NCBI GenBank assembly: GCA_963772365.1
Contig: CAVYXA010000003.1
Location: 544,001 to 608,000, forward strand
Length of the DNA stretch: 64,000 nt
DNA from: an uncultured Verrucomicrobiae bacterium
GTDB taxonomy: Bacteria; Verrucomicrobiota; Verrucomicrobiia; Chthoniobacterales; UBA10450
Reading direction: 5' to 3'
Positions 63,339-64,000 of this stretch are shown here, piece after piece. Under the pieces are notes generated by a model, which did no database searches, was not told the DNA's origin, and saw only the letters and a list, made by a program, of their open reading frames with translations. Made by a program: the position numbers and the translations under genes. Numbering within the stretch: the first letter of the stretch is position 1; every line of letters begins with the position of its first letter.

Positions 63339-64000
63339 ATGAGTGTACGTCTCGTCCTCGTTCTGTTTGCGCTCGCCTTTGTCGATCTTCGGCAAACAAA
63401 CGCGGCAGAACAGTCGGCTGAGGAAAAACTGAAACAGGCCCAGGCCGAATTGGAACTCGAGCAGACGGAACTTCAGCTTGAGCAAACAAAAGCATCCATT
63501 GCCGCGAGCCACGCCGCTCAGTTCAACGCTGCTTTCCCTACTGACAAGGTCACGCCTTTAGAAGGGAAAACAACGGTCGATCAGCAATACACATTTCCTC
63601 CTCTCCTTCTGGCTTATACAGCGTCGGAACGGATGACCTCCAAAATCGCCTCGCAGATTACGGCCATCATTGAGGCACGTCCAACCAACTCGCGGGCGAG
63701 GCCGCGCATTGTCATCTATCAGGCCGGCGATTCCATTCTGGGAGAGCGAGCCATTTATGCCCAATTAAATAACCGGATGGACGCGATTCTCGCGAGAATT
63801 GAACAGTGCGAAAAGGATTTCGAGGCGGCCAAGTCAGAAATGGCGCCCCTTTCGGATCCAAGGAAGGCAGCCGCGGATTATCTGGAGCGAGCAAGATCGT
63901 ATCTTGCTGCCGACGCTGCGGCTGAAGCTCAAGGTTTGGGTCCGCCTATGATGGTCGGAGCGGGATTTGATGAAGGCATTACCGCCGCCAACAGCACCCT
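63339..64000 (+). CDS. Hypothetical secreted coiled-coil protein (3'-truncated by window edge)
   Basis: Open frame from ATG 63339 to the edge: MSVRLVLVLFALAF...EEKLKQAQAELELEQTELQLEQTK. Confidence 0.6.
   Translation, partial: MSVRLVLVLFALAFVDLRQTNAAEQSAEEKLKQAQAELELEQTELQLEQTKASIAASHAAQFNAAFPTDKVTPLEGKTTVDQQYTFPPLLLAYTASERMTSKIASQITAIIEARPTNSRARPRIVIYQAGDSILGERAIYAQLNNRMDAILARIEQCEKDFEAAKSEMAPLSDPRKAAADYLERARSYLAADAAAEAQGLGPPMMVGAGFDEGITAANST

Overview
64 kb of bacterial chromosome, probably a Verrucomicrobiota (Chthoniobacterales/Spartobacteria-like) organism; the taxon is inferred from protein style, not from a search. The left ~7.7 kb is a defence-type island: a type I R-M operon (hsdM-hsdS-[antitoxin-vapC]-hsdR), a relic C-terminus of a second hsdR, a relE-type TA pair and a truncated DUF2283-like gene. 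The rest is mostly core genome: FAD/Fe-S oxidoreductase, dinB, an A1-type aa3 cytochrome oxidase cluster with ctaA/ctaB/SCO, nfeD, gcvP, an L,D-transpeptidase, rpsT, pdhABC, dGTPase, aroD, a WcaJ-like transferase, riboflavin synthase, two antiporters, gpmI, pssA/psd, gyrBA, a GGQ rescue factor and tRNA-Leu(TAA). Many genes in three patches (13.8-24.6, 33.3-35 and 52.5-55.6 kb) carry short indels that are most likely sequencing errors. Two things stand out. (1) Several families of short palindromic or REP-like elements and 7-8-mer tandem repeats lie both between genes and in-frame inside intact proteins (four in one oxidoreductase, two sites in hsdM including a nested element, three in gcvP). 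(2) A cell-envelope cluster at 43-52.7 kb contains a TonB-dependent receptor followed by a secreted stand-alone TonB-box/plug-start mimic, a sigma54-promoter-preceded transglutaminase-like peptidase, a secreted protein sharing a Lys/Gly/acidic motif with the receptor, a four-His membrane/TPR protein, and an alkaline-phosphatase homologue lacking its catalytic residues.
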